A stretch of 63,580 nt of DNA, taken from the NCBI GenBank assembly GCA_011772495.1, contig WVZL01000014.1, forward strand, positions 1 through 63,580. Reading direction: 5' to 3'. Under the pieces are notes generated by a model that had not been told where the DNA came from, ran no database searches, and saw only the letters and a list, made by a program, of their open reading frames with translations. Below are positions 28,894 to 38,810 of the stretch, piece after piece. Numbering within the stretch: position 1 is the stretch's first letter; every line of letters starts with the position of its first letter. Position numbers and translations under genes: made by a program. This DNA is from Candidatus Aminicenantes bacterium (GTDB taxonomy: Bacteria > Acidobacteriota > Aminicenantia > Aminicenantales > Aminicenantaceae).

Positions 28894-31275
28894 ATGAGTC
28901 CTAAGACATTCAAAGCCTCGACAGCCAAGCAAGTTCTTTCTCAGATCAGCCATGAACTAGGGCCAGACGCGATCATTGTCTCCCATGGTAAAACACAAGA
29001 CTCAGAAGGCAGACTCAGAGTAGAGGCAATCGCATCACCTCGAGCAGAAGTAGCTACCCCCGAAAAAATACCACTTACCACAGAAGCCATTGCTACCAAG
29101 TTCAGATTAAAGAAGCTTTTCCTATTTATTTCAGTTGTTATTGCTTTTATTATCGCCGGGGTGCTAATCTGGCAGCTTCTTCTTCGAAATACACCTGCTA
29201 ATCCCTTCTCCCAAACTCTCTCAGTCGCAGTGATCAGCTTTGAAAATCAGACCGGGGATGATTTCTATGATTATTTAAACAAGGTTATCCCGAACCTATT
29301 AATCACCAACCTTGAGCAATCCGGATATTTTCGGGTAGCCTCGTGGGAAAGACTGCATGACCTGCTCAAGCAGATCGGAAAAGAGGATGTTGATGTGATT
29401 GATAAGGATTTGGGATTTAAGCTCTGCCAGATGGATGACATAGAAGCCCTGATTATAGGCAGCTTCACCAGGGCTGGTGAGATGTTTGCTACAGACTTAA
29501 AAGTTTTAGATGTTGAGACCAAGAGAATACTGAAGAGTGTCAATTCAAGGGGAAAAGGAGAGGAGAGCATCATCCAATCACAGATCGACGAACTATGCAG
29601 AGAAATCTCTCAAGGAATAGGCATTTCTGAGAATAGACTAGAAAGAGCTCCATTTCGAATTGCCGATGTTACCACCAACTCATTGGATGCCTACTATAAT
29701 TTTTTAAGAGGGTACGAGTGCTATGTAAATATAAATTTTGAAGATTCCCGAACATATCTCGAGAAGGCCATTGAACTCGACCCGAGCTTTTCTATGGCCT
29801 ATCTTTATCTCGGTTATTCCTTGTGGGCTTTAGGCGAGAATAAGGCAAAAGACGAGGCGTTAAGTAAAGCCAAGAATTTCTCGGCTAGGGCGACGGAAAA
29901 GGAGAGACTTTTTATAGATGGCTGGATGGCTTTGTATGAGAACGATTTAGATGAGAGCTTCCGTATCTTTAAAAAGATGGCGGAACGCTATCCTAAAGAA
30001 AAAAAAGCACACCAGAGCTTAGCTGAAATTTATTTCGCTAAAGAACTCTTTGATCTAGCGTTCGAAGAATATGATAAGGCACTGGAACTCGATCCCTCTG
30101 ATAAACGGACCTTACAAAATATTATTATTGCCTACTCTGAGTCAGGGAATTATGAGAAAGCTATTGAATATATAAACAAGTATATATCTGTCTCCTCTAA
30201 TGATTACTTTGCCCTTAATCTGACAGGGAGTGTTTATTTTAAAATGGGAAAGCTTGATGAAGCCTTGGCAATATACAACGAAGCATCAGAGGCATATCCA
30301 GATTTTGGCCCGGATTGGAAAATTTCATACATACATGCTTTAAAAGAAGATTATCCAGAGGCAACGAGATGTATTGATCGGTCTATTAATGAAGCTTCCC
30401 CTTTTGACAAATCATGGTTGTATTTCATAGAAAGCTTCTATCAATACTGGATCGGAAGCCTGGAACGCTCCAAGAGCAATCTTATCAGACAGATTGACGA
30501 GGCAGATGCAAGGGCCCAGGTTTCTTCAATTAGCCCTCTGCATACGAGAGCAAATGTATCCTGGATGATGGGATGGATTTCTTATGACAGGGGCGAGTAT
30601 GAGCTTTGCCGGAAACACTTTAAAACATGGTTCGACATTTATATGGAAGATGTATTGCAAAATTTGCATCCCAATGACGTAGCAGCAAGAAAGACACTCC
30701 AGACTGCCTTGTATTATTTCTATCTTGGATTAATAGATTTGAAGCTGGGAGAAATCGAATCTGCAAAATCCAGATTGGTTGAAATCAATTCTCTTATGCC
30801 TGATATCCTCTCACGATTTAAAACCTGGATATCCTTCTATCATGACATCCTCAAGACAGAGATTTTGCTTGCCGAAGGAGATGTTAAAAAAGCCATAACT
30901 ACAGGTGAAAAATCATCTCCTTTGGGGAGCGCGCCTGAACTTGGTTTCTTAGTGCTTTATAATGTGCCTTTCCTTAAAGATGTCCTGGCCAGGGCCTATC
31001 GAAAGAACGGAGAAATCGACCAAGCCATTGCCGAATACAAGCGATTGATCACCTTTGATCCTAGAAGAGAAGAGCGATATCTTATTCATCCCAAGCATTA
31101 TTATAGGCTAGCAGAATTGTACGAGAAGAAAGACATGAAAAGGGAAGCTATAGGGAACTACGAAAAATTCCTTAAACTCTGGCATGATGCAGACCCTGAT
31201 CTTCCTGAAGTCATCGAAGCTAAAAAACGGCTTTCTGAACTTCAAAATGAGCCAATGACTATGGAGCAAAGATAA
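28894..31275 (+). CDS. Kinase-less TM/TolB-N-like/TPR receptor with FlhF-N-like cytoplasmic domain
   Basis: KTFKASTAKQVLSQISHELGPDAIIVS; TM; AVISFENQTGD; TPRs; paralog of the kinase C-terminal halves. Confidence 0.85.
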   Translation: MSPKTFKASTAKQVLSQISHELGPDAIIVSHGKTQDSEGRLRVEAIASPRAEVATPEKIPLTTEAIATKFRLKKLFLFISVVIAFIIAGVLIWQLLLRNTPANPFSQTLSVAVISFENQTGDDFYDYLNKVIPNLLITNLEQSGYFRVASWERLHDLLKQIGKEDVDVIDKDLGFKLCQMDDIEALIIGSFTRAGEMFATDLKVLDVETKRILKSVNSRGKGEESIIQSQIDELCREISQGIGISENRLERAPFRIADVTTNSLDAYYNFLRGYECYVNINFEDSRTYLEKAIELDPSFSMAYLYLGYSLWALGENKAKDEALSKAKNFSARATEKERLFIDGWMALYENDLDESFRIFKKMAERYPKEKKAHQSLAEIYFAKELFDLAFEEYDKALELDPSDKRTLQNIIIAYSESGNYEKAIEYINKYISVSSNDYFALNLTGSVYFKMGKLDEALAIYNEASEAYPDFGPDWKISYIHALKEDYPEATRCIDRSINEASPFDKSWLYFIESFYQYWIGSLERSKSNLIRQIDEADARAQVSSISPLHTRANVSWMMGWISYDRGEYELCRKHFKTWFDIYMEDVLQNLHPNDVAARKTLQTALYYFYLGLIDLKLGEIESAKSRLVEINSLMPDILSRFKTWISFYHDILKTEILLAEGDVKKAITTGEKSSPLGSAPELGFLVLYNVPFLKDVLARAYRKNGEIDQAIAEYKRLITFDPRREERYLIHPKHYYRLAELYEKKDMKREAIGNYEKFLKLWHDADPDLPEVIEAKKRLSELQNEPMTMEQR

Positions 31276-31278
31276 TAG

Positions 31279-31929
31279 ATGATTAAAGTTTTGCACATCA
31301 ATAATGACCGCGGTCATCATGAGTTGACCAAGGCACAGCTTTCTCAGTTCTCTGATGATATCGTTCTTGAGCTCGTAGACTCTTCTCAAGCTGCGCTAGT
31401 TGCTCTAAAGGACGAGATTTATGACTGCCTACTAACTGACGATCAACTGCCGGGAAACGAGGGCCTCGAATTAATAAAATCACTCCGTAAGGATGGAAAT
31501 TATATTCCTTTTGTTGTTCTGTCCGAACTTGAAGATGAAAAAAAACAGAACTTTATAGAAAAAGCCTATTCCAATGATGAATTCAACGTCGCCGTTGATT
31601 TTTTTCACTTTGAAATCCTCGATTATTGGATACACCGGCTGGTCGATAAATACAGGCAATTCCTCAAAGCTGATAAGCTGGAAATCGATCTGTTCCATAG
31701 CTCCCCGGAAAAAATCGAAGAATTGCAGAAAGCAATGCAAACACTTACCAAGAGAGAAACGGAAATACTGAATCTGATAGGACTTGGCAGATCAAACCTG
31801 GAAATTGCTGACGAGCTGTGCATAAGTTACAAGACAGTCAAGAATCATATCTACAATCTGTTCGCTAAGCTCGGGATACATACCCGGGCAGAAGCGATTC
31901 ATTTTGCCATCAGGATGAAAATATCCTAG
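31279..31929 (+). CDS. Atypical REC-LuxR HTH response regulator
   Basis: DCLLTDDQLPG; LTKRETEIL..GRSNLEIADELCISYKTVKNH. Confidence 0.9.
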   Translation: MIKVLHINNDRGHHELTKAQLSQFSDDIVLELVDSSQAALVALKDEIYDCLLTDDQLPGNEGLELIKSLRKDGNYIPFVVLSELEDEKKQNFIEKAYSNDEFNVAVDFFHFEILDYWIHRLVDKYRQFLKADKLEIDLFHSSPEKIEELQKAMQTLTKRETEILNLIGLGRSNLEIADELCISYKTVKNHIYNLFAKLGIHTRAEAIHFAIRMKIS

Positions 31930-31931
31930 AG

Positions 31932-32011
31932 AGGTCTGACCCTCTTCTAAAATCTTGACCCTAAAGACCTGCCCCTTTTTCTCTCCTTCTTGCTTTGGAA
32001 ACCTGACCCTA
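31932..32011 (+). repeat. Cluster of four GACCTGACCC-like motifs
   Basis: GGTCTGACCC, TCTTGACCC, AGACCTGCCCC, AACCTGACCC. Confidence 0.6.
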
Positions 32012-32107
32012 TTAAGCGATCTCTGGCTTTCAATCGAGGAACTTTCCCGAAACAAGACTCGTAAATACTATTGGAGCAATTCATCCCTTTCTAAAAAGGA
32101 GCCAATC

Positions 32108-32917
32108 ATGGAAAGCACAAAGGAGGTATGGAAAAGGATCATCACCTTTGTTTTCCTCACTTACGGCATCAGTTCAATCTTCATGTATCTGGCGATTTCT
32201 GCTGGAAGCATGAGGGCAGGGGGTGGACTCGTTGCTCTGGGAGGCATGTAGAGTCCGGGCATAGCCGCAATCCTCACCCAGCTTATCTACAGAAAGAGCC
32301 TACGAGAATTCGGATGGAAGTGGGGAAAAACGAGATACCAGCTCTGGAGTTATGCAGTTCCTGCCCTTTACGCGTTCACCATCCATGGCTTTGTTTGGGT
32401 CACTGGGCTGGCTGGCTTTATCCAGGATTCACCAACAGAAGTAATAGTGACTTCGCTCAAGGCGATCGCATTCGGAACAGTATTTGGTTGTGTATTTGCC
32501 TTGGGTGAGGAAATCGGATGGCAGGGATTTTTTGTTCCCCTATTAGCCAGAGTAACCAGTTTCACGAAAACCGCGCTGCTGAGAGGTATTGTCTGGTCAG
32601 TCTGGCATTATCCACTCATAATTTTTGGTGTCTATGGATCGAAGGAATTGCCCGTCTGGTATAAACTCATCTGTTTTACAGTGCTGTTGATAGGAGTAAG
32701 TTTTGCCTTTGCCTGGTTTCGGCTGAAATCAGGAAGTCTTTGGACTGGAATGTTTTTGCACGCCAGCCATAATCTGTTCATTCAAGGACTGCCAGGCTTA
32801 ACAACGGATAAAGGAATAACTGTGTATCTCATTGATGAGTTTGGGGCAGTTTCAGCAGTTGTAGCGCTAATAGTTGCCTTCATATTCTGGAAAAAGAGAG
32901 GACAGTTGAGCCTTTGA
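32108..32917 (+). pseudogene. CPBP (CAAX/Abi) intramembrane metalloprotease interrupted by one in-frame TAG
   Basis: GGM*SPGIAA at 32249-32251; same frame continues to GEEIGWQG, WSVWHYP, HASHN. Confidence 0.85.
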
Positions 32918-33237
32918 GAAATAAGTATTCCTCCCAGAATTATATGACCTCTCTTATTTATGAGATTGCCGCGCTTCGCTCGTTGTGACAAGCATAGCGT
33001 TGAAAGTTAAGGCCTAATCCCTCTCTTTTTTTTCCTGCAGTGACAAAAATAATGTTGGGTGTTGAGACCTCTTTGCTCTCCTTGTGATAAACTTATCGCT
33101 ATCTTGGACACTATCCTGTAAAAAATGATATACAATCAATTTCGAACCTCCCCGGGAGAATCCGAGGAGGTTTTAATCCTGAGTCTGAAGACTCGAACTC
33201 TTTGAAATAACATCGAGATCGAAAAGGAGATAAGGTT

Positions 33238-34560
33238 ATGAAAAAAGCTCACCTATCTGCAGTAAGGATTTTATTCCTTTCACTGGCATTTTTGCTTCTT
33301 TTTGGATGCCCTGGGCAAAAAGCTTCTCGTGAAGCTTCCGGATTGGAAGAAGTCTTTCGCGCTCCTGGTGAATTCGAGAAACATAGTGCCATCTGGATCG
33401 GCTGGTCAACTTATGAGATCAAAAAAGGTTCATCCACAGTTCCTGTTCATTTGAAGATGATTGAAGAATTAGTGCCCAATGTGAAAGTGAAAATTGCCGT
33501 GCAAGATTCGGATGAGATGAACACAGTCAAATTCCTGCTCCAGGAGAATAACATTCCCATACAAAATGTCTCCTTCCCAATTATTCCACATGGTGATATA
33601 TGGTTCAGGGATATGGGTCCAATATTTATCATCAGCAACAAAGGAAGGTTGAAAATAGTGGATTTCAATTTCAATACTTGGGGTTCTGAGCTGCATTCTG
33701 CACCATTGGCTAGATTAGAAGAAAAAGTCGACCGGCTAGTAGCTAAAGAAATGGGAATCGAGACCATCATGACCAGGCTCATCAGTGAAGGAGGAAACAG
33801 GGAATTTAACGGCAGAGGAGTGATGATAACCGTAGAGACAGTGGAATTGCAGAGAAATCCAAACCTGCCGCGAAATGAGATTGAAGAGGAGTTCAAAAGA
33901 CTTTTTGGAATTGAAAAGGTCATTTGGCTGAAAAAAGGCATCTATGAAGATGATTTTACTTCCCTGGGCACAGTGCCCGGTCCAGATGGTGAAAAAAATG
34001 CCTACAGGACGACAACAACCGGAGGCCATATAGATGAACTCTGCCGCTTCGCTGACTCAAACACAATTTTGTTGGCTCAAATCACTCCTGAGGAAGCTAA
34101 AAAGAGCCTTATTGCCAGAGAAAATCGCCTGCGGTTGGAGGAGAATTTTAGAATATTGGAAGAGAGTACGGACCAGGATGGAAAACCTTTTAAGATTGTC
34201 CACATGCCTCACCCCGAGACAATCTATCATACCCTTGAGCCTGGAGATGAAACCTACAAATTTATATCGGATTTGAATTTCAAAGATGGTTCTGTCTTTC
34301 CCAAAGGCAAAAAAGTCAAGGTGATACCGGCGATGAGTTATATGAATTTCGTAGTCACCAACGGGATCGTTCTTGCTCCAATATATTGGAAACCAGGATT
34401 GCCTGAGATTATCAAGGAGAAGGATGAGCAAGCAATCAAAACACTTCAGTCAGTGTTTCCAGACAGAAAGATAGTCGCTATGGATACGATAATTATTAAT
34501 CTTGGTGGCGGCGGTCTTCACTGCATCACTCAGCACGAGCCAGCTGCAGAGTCATTCTAG
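33238..34560 (+). CDS. Agmatine deiminase/PPAD family lipoprotein
   Basis: Lipobox LLFGC; PGEFEKH, WFRDMGP, EGG, GGHID, SYMNF, GGGGLHCITQ. Confidence 0.92.
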   Translation: MKKAHLSAVRILFLSLAFLLLFGCPGQKASREASGLEEVFRAPGEFEKHSAIWIGWSTYEIKKGSSTVPVHLKMIEELVPNVKVKIAVQDSDEMNTVKFLLQENNIPIQNVSFPIIPHGDIWFRDMGPIFIISNKGRLKIVDFNFNTWGSELHSAPLARLEEKVDRLVAKEMGIETIMTRLISEGGNREFNGRGVMITVETVELQRNPNLPRNEIEEEFKRLFGIEKVIWLKKGIYEDDFTSLGTVPGPDGEKNAYRTTTTGGHIDELCRFADSNTILLAQITPEEAKKSLIARENRLRLEENFRILEESTDQDGKPFKIVHMPHPETIYHTLEPGDETYKFISDLNFKDGSVFPKGKKVKVIPAMSYMNFVVTNGIVLAPIYWKPGLPEIIKEKDEQAIKTLQSVFPDRKIVAMDTIIINLGGGGLHCITQHEPAAESF

Positions 34561-34583
34561 ATGAGATAGATGCAATCAGGTGT

Positions 34584-34630
34584 AATGTTGAAAGTTGAGA
34601 CCTAACCCCTTTTTTTTAATACCTGACCCC
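34584..34630 (+). repeat. Two GGGGTCAG-family ends
   Basis: AATGTTGAAAGTTGAGACCTAACCCC and ACCTGACCCC. Confidence 0.7.
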
Positions 34631-34647
34631 TTTTGAGGAGGTTTTGA

Positions 34648-37600
34648 ATGATAAGAGAAAAGAATAGGCTATTGATTCGTTCATTCATGATCATAACAGT
34701 ACCGGCTCTTTTGTTCTCCATCTTTTATACCTATCCGCCTACAACCTTCGCCCAAAAAATAAGTTCTGAAATCTTCAGCCAGCTCGAGTATCGCTACATC
34801 GGTCCCATAGGAAACCGGGTGAGTGCAGTAGCCAGCATACCAGGCAACTCCAAGGTCTACTACGCCGGAGCCGCCTCAGGAGGGATATGGAAATCCACAG
34901 ATGGCGGTTTCCACTGGGAGCCCATCTTCGATGACCAGCCGGCTCAATCCATCGGCTCTCTCGCCATAGCTCCCTCTGACCCCAACATCATCTGGGCCGG
35001 GACCGGTGAAGCGCACATCCGAAGCAACATTTCCATAGGAAACGGAATCTATAAATCCACCAATGGTGGCAAGACCTGGAACCATATGGGATTGGAGAAA
35101 ACCGGGCGCATCGGAAGAATCATCATCGACCCGCGTGACCCCAAAATTGTTTTCGCTGCTGCCATGGGACACTGCTATGGGCCTCAACCAGACCGAGGTG
35201 TCTTCCGCACTTCTGACGGTGGAAAGACCTGGAAGAGAGTGCTCTTTGTAAATGAAAACACCGGCTGTGGAGAGCTCGCCATAGACCCCAACAATCCCAG
35301 GATCCTCTTGGCCGGAATGTGGCAGTTGGTGATCCACACCTGGGGAAGGGAAAGCGGTGGCCCGGGGAGTGGTCTCTACATGTCCAAGGACGGCGGTAAT
35401 AACTGGAAGCTCCTCACCGGACACGGATTGCCAAAACCTCCTCTAGGAAAAATCGCCATGGCCGTGGCTCCCAGCAATTCCAACCGTATCTACGCCTTGA
35501 TAGAAACCGGCGACGGCGTGCCCTGGAAGGGAAAGAAAACCAGCAGCGGAGTGCTCTGGCGCTCAGACGATGGAGGAGAGAACTGGAAACTCATAAACTA
35601 TGATCATACCTTGACCCAGCGGCCCCATTATTACTCCCGATGTGTTGTAGCTCCCGACGATTACGATGAAGTCTATTTCTGTGCAGCTCGCCACCTTGTT
35701 TCCCATGATGGAGGCCTGACCTCCAAAAGAATGCCTCGGATTGGAAGAGGCGACGACCATCATGATATGTGGATTGACCCCTCCGATCCCGACCGGATGA
35801 TCGTAGCCAGTGACCACCATGTGAACATCTCTCTTAACCACGGCCAATCCTGGTATGGAATAGCCCTTCCCATTGCCCAGATGTATCATGTGGCCGTCGA
35901 TAATCAGATCCCCTACTTTGTCTACGGGAATCGGCAGGATGGACCCTCTGTCCGCGGGCCCAGCAATAGTCTGGCTTTAGGATGGTCAGGAGGCGAGATC
36001 CTGCCAGCCATGTGGCATTCGGTAGGAGGCTTTGAGCCCGGCTTTGCCATTCCTGACCCATTTGACAATAATATCGTGTGGTCGGGTGACTATGCAGGAA
36101 GACTCGACCGCTATGATCGGCAGACGGGCCACGCCAGACCAGTATCTGTCTGGCCAGACTCTCCCATAGGCGGAGGGGCCGCTGAGCTGAAATACCGCTT
36201 TCAATGGACCTTTCCTATAGCCATTTCCCCGCACGACCACAACAAGGTCTATGTGGGCAGTCAGCACGTGCACCAGACAACTGACGGAGGACACAGCTGG
36301 GCTGTCATCAGTCCTGATCTGAGCACTAATGATAAGAGTAAGCAGCAAAGCTCGGGTGGTCTTACTCCTGACAACTGCACCGTAGAGTACGCCTGCCTTG
36401 TCTTCGCCATAGCCGAATCACCCCTTGAAGAAGGATTGATCTGGGCAGGAACCAATGACGGTCTGGTCCAGGTAACGCGAGATGGTGGCGGTAACTGGAC
36501 CAATGTCACTCCGAACATCCCCGATCTGCCGCCCTGGGGTACAGTCAGCAATATCGAGCCCTCGCGCTATGATGCTGGAACATGCTACATCACCGTGGAC
36601 TTCCACCAGGTGAACAACCGAGATCCCTATGTTTATAAAACCAGCGACTATGGCAGGAGTTGGAAGCCGATCAGCTCAAATATCCCCAAGAGTGTTTTCA
36701 GCTACGCCCATTGCGTACGGGAAGACCCGGTGCGGAAGGGACTCCTCTACCTCGGAACAGAAAACGCTCTCTACGTATCCTTCAATGATGGTACCAACTG
36801 GCTCCCTCTCCAGACCAATCTTCCCCACGCACCTGTGCACTGGATGGTTATCCAGGAGCATTTTAACGACCTGGTTGTGGCCACTTATGGTCGCGGATTC
36901 TGGATTCTAGACGACATCACCCCCCTCCAGCAGCTTACTCCTGAAATCCTTGATTCTGACGTCCATCTCTTTGCCCCCAGGCCCGCGTACCGCTTCCTGC
37001 GCCGGGAAACAACATTGGATATGCCAGATCACGGTCATGCAGGACATAATCCTCCCTACGGAGCCTCAATCAATTATTACTTGAAGATCATTCCTGCTGG
37101 TGATATCGAGATTGCGATCCTGGATGAGAACGGACAAACCATAAAAACTCTCGAAGGGACGAAGGAGGCCGGCCTCAACCGAGTCTGGTGGAATCTGCGT
37201 TACGAACCATCGGAAGAACCAAAGCTCAGAACCCCACCGCTCTATGCTCCGCATGTCAAACTCGGAAAACAAGGCTGGAGACCTCTGGTTACTTGGGGTG
37301 GGCCGATCAGCCCCAGGATAGCACCAGGAATCTATACTGTGAAACTATCTGTCGAGGGAAAGGAATTCACCCAGAAGCTCGCCATCAACAAAGACCCGAA
37401 TTCGGCTGGAACCGAGGCGGATATCAGGGCTCAGGTTAATATGCTTTTAGAACTTCGGAATAACAGCAGCGCCGCTGTACACATGGTCAATGAAATCGAA
37501 CGGATTAGAAGACAGATTTATGACCTCACAGCAATCTTGGAAGAAGAGAGCGACATCTCGCCTATCATAACTGCTTGCCGTGAGCTCGATAAAAAGCTTA

Positions 37601-37878
37601 TGGCGATCGAAGGAAACCTTGTCCAGCTCAAACTTACCGGCGGGAGCCAGGATCCCCTACGGTGGCCAGTAAAGCTCTACGCCAAGCTCAGCAATCTTGC
37701 CGGTGAAGTCGGCAGCACCGATTTTCCTCCTACCACTCAACAGATCGAAGTGCATGAAATGTTCAAAGGGCAGCTTGCGTCCTATCAAGCTCAATTTAAA
37801 GAACTACTCAACAAAGAGCTTCTCGCATTCAATAACCTGCTAAAGGAAAAAAACATCACCCACATCATCATCAAATAA
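34648..37878 (+). CDS. VPS10/BNR-repeat beta-propeller glycosyl-hydrolase-like protein
   Basis: YRYIGP, repeated SxDGGxxW Asp boxes, ATYGRGFWILDD. Confidence 0.9.
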   Translation: MIREKNRLLIRSFMIITVPALLFSIFYTYPPTTFAQKISSEIFSQLEYRYIGPIGNRVSAVASIPGNSKVYYAGAASGGIWKSTDGGFHWEPIFDDQPAQSIGSLAIAPSDPNIIWAGTGEAHIRSNISIGNGIYKSTNGGKTWNHMGLEKTGRIGRIIIDPRDPKIVFAAAMGHCYGPQPDRGVFRTSDGGKTWKRVLFVNENTGCGELAIDPNNPRILLAGMWQLVIHTWGRESGGPGSGLYMSKDGGNNWKLLTGHGLPKPPLGKIAMAVAPSNSNRIYALIETGDGVPWKGKKTSSGVLWRSDDGGENWKLINYDHTLTQRPHYYSRCVVAPDDYDEVYFCAARHLVSHDGGLTSKRMPRIGRGDDHHDMWIDPSDPDRMIVASDHHVNISLNHGQSWYGIALPIAQMYHVAVDNQIPYFVYGNRQDGPSVRGPSNSLALGWSGGEILPAMWHSVGGFEPGFAIPDPFDNNIVWSGDYAGRLDRYDRQTGHARPVSVWPDSPIGGGAAELKYRFQWTFPIAISPHDHNKVYVGSQHVHQTTDGGHSWAVISPDLSTNDKSKQQSSGGLTPDNCTVEYACLVFAIAESPLEEGLIWAGTNDGLVQVTRDGGGNWTNVTPNIPDLPPWGTVSNIEPSRYDAGTCYITVDFHQVNNRDPYVYKTSDYGRSWKPISSNIPKSVFSYAHCVREDPVRKGLLYLGTENALYVSFNDGTNWLPLQTNLPHAPVHWMVIQEHFNDLVVATYGRGFWILDDITPLQQLTPEILDSDVHLFAPRPAYRFLRRETTLDMPDHGHAGHNPPYGASINYYLKIIPAGDIEIAILDENGQTIKTLEGTKEAGLNRVWWNLRYEPSEEPKLRTPPLYAPHVKLGKQGWRPLVTWGGPISPRIAPGIYTVKLSVEGKEFTQKLAINKDPNSAGTEADIRAQVNMLLELRNNSSAAVHMVNEIERIRRQIYDLTAILEEESDISPIITACRELDKKLMAIEGNLVQLKLTGGSQDPLRWPVKLYAKLSNLAGEVGSTDFPPTTQQIEVHEMFKGQLASYQAQFKELLNKELLAFNNLLKEKNITHIIIK

Positions 37879-37915
37879 CCGGGGCCAGACATTCAAAAAT
37901 TTTTATACTACTTTT

Positions 37916-38329
37916 CTATTTTGTTTCGCTTTGCTTTTTGATTGTTTCCCAGAATTGCCGTGACGATAAAATCTTCGAAGAGGCAAATTTTTTTATCATG
38001 AGCAGATCTTTGTCCCCGGTGATTAAACAGGCCGCACCTGATTTCTGAGCTAAAGCCAATAATCTGGCGTCATCAGGATCTTTGCACACATCTGGGGGAG
38101 TCTCTTCGACTTCGATCAAGGTGGCATTTTCGGATAAGAAATCTATGATCTCTCTGATCAACCGATCAGGAAGCTTCAATTTCTTGGATAGGTTGGTTTC
38201 AACTTCAGCTATCAGAAAAGAACTGATAATGATTTCAAAGCGGTCTAAGCAGAGTTCAAAAACAGATTGACACAGCCCTCTGGCAGCTAAGGAAGCGATA
38301 ATGACATTTGCATCGAGGACAACCTTCAT
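37916..38329 (-). CDS. PIN-domain toxin (VapC-like, PIN_3)
   Basis: VVLDANV, CKDPDD, ITGDKDLL. Confidence 0.92.
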   Translation of the reverse strand: MKVVLDANVIIASLAARGLCQSVFELCLDRFEIIISSFLIAEVETNLSKKLKLPDRLIREIIDFLSENATLIEVEETPPDVCKDPDDARLLALAQKSGAACLITGDKDLLMIKKFASSKILSSRQFWETIKKQSETK

Positions 38330-38544
38330 GAGATCACATCGAAAACGTCCTCATCCGTTAGCAATCCCTGAGACTCGGCGAACGGCAGAACTTTGTCTCG
38401 AAGTCGGCGAAATCTGTAGATGGATATATACCGCTGGAGGCTCTCTCTTACTAAATCGCTCATGGGTTTTGATTCCTCTTTACTGATTTTCAACAATTCT
38501 TTCCGTAAATTATCGGACAATCGAACGGTTAAGGTTTGTCTCAT
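38326..38544 (-). CDS. Ribbon-helix-helix (CopG) antitoxin
   Basis: TLTVRL..MSDLVRESL; ATGA overlap with the toxin; TTACA-T-TGTAA palindrome just upstream. Confidence 0.9.
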   Translation of the reverse strand: MRQTLTVRLSDNLRKELLKISKEESKPMSDLVRESLQRYISIYRFRRLRDKVLPFAESQGLLTDEDVFDVIS

Positions 38545-38810
38545 GCTGAATCCTCCGTGTTACATTGTAATACAGAGGAGCTTTGATGTCAATCAAACAT
38601 ATCCACCTGATATTTCTATCCTGGCAGTTTTATAGACGTTAATGAGTTCTTTAATTCTCAGTCATAGGAAAATGAGATAATGGAGTCAGCTTAACTTCTT
38701 CCTCGTTGACCGCATCTTTTCCAGTGTGATATGTATATTGCACAATGCCAATAGGTGGAATTTAAGGTGAAGTGTGAGGGACTTATGACAAAGACCGCAA
38801 GGAGCTTTTC

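Noticed and set aside
32249-32251. Genome-wide TAG recoding or pyrrolysine
   Set aside because: TAG ends many intact genes here (e.g. 11187, 19009, 24004, 34560), and the position fits a conserved Trp.
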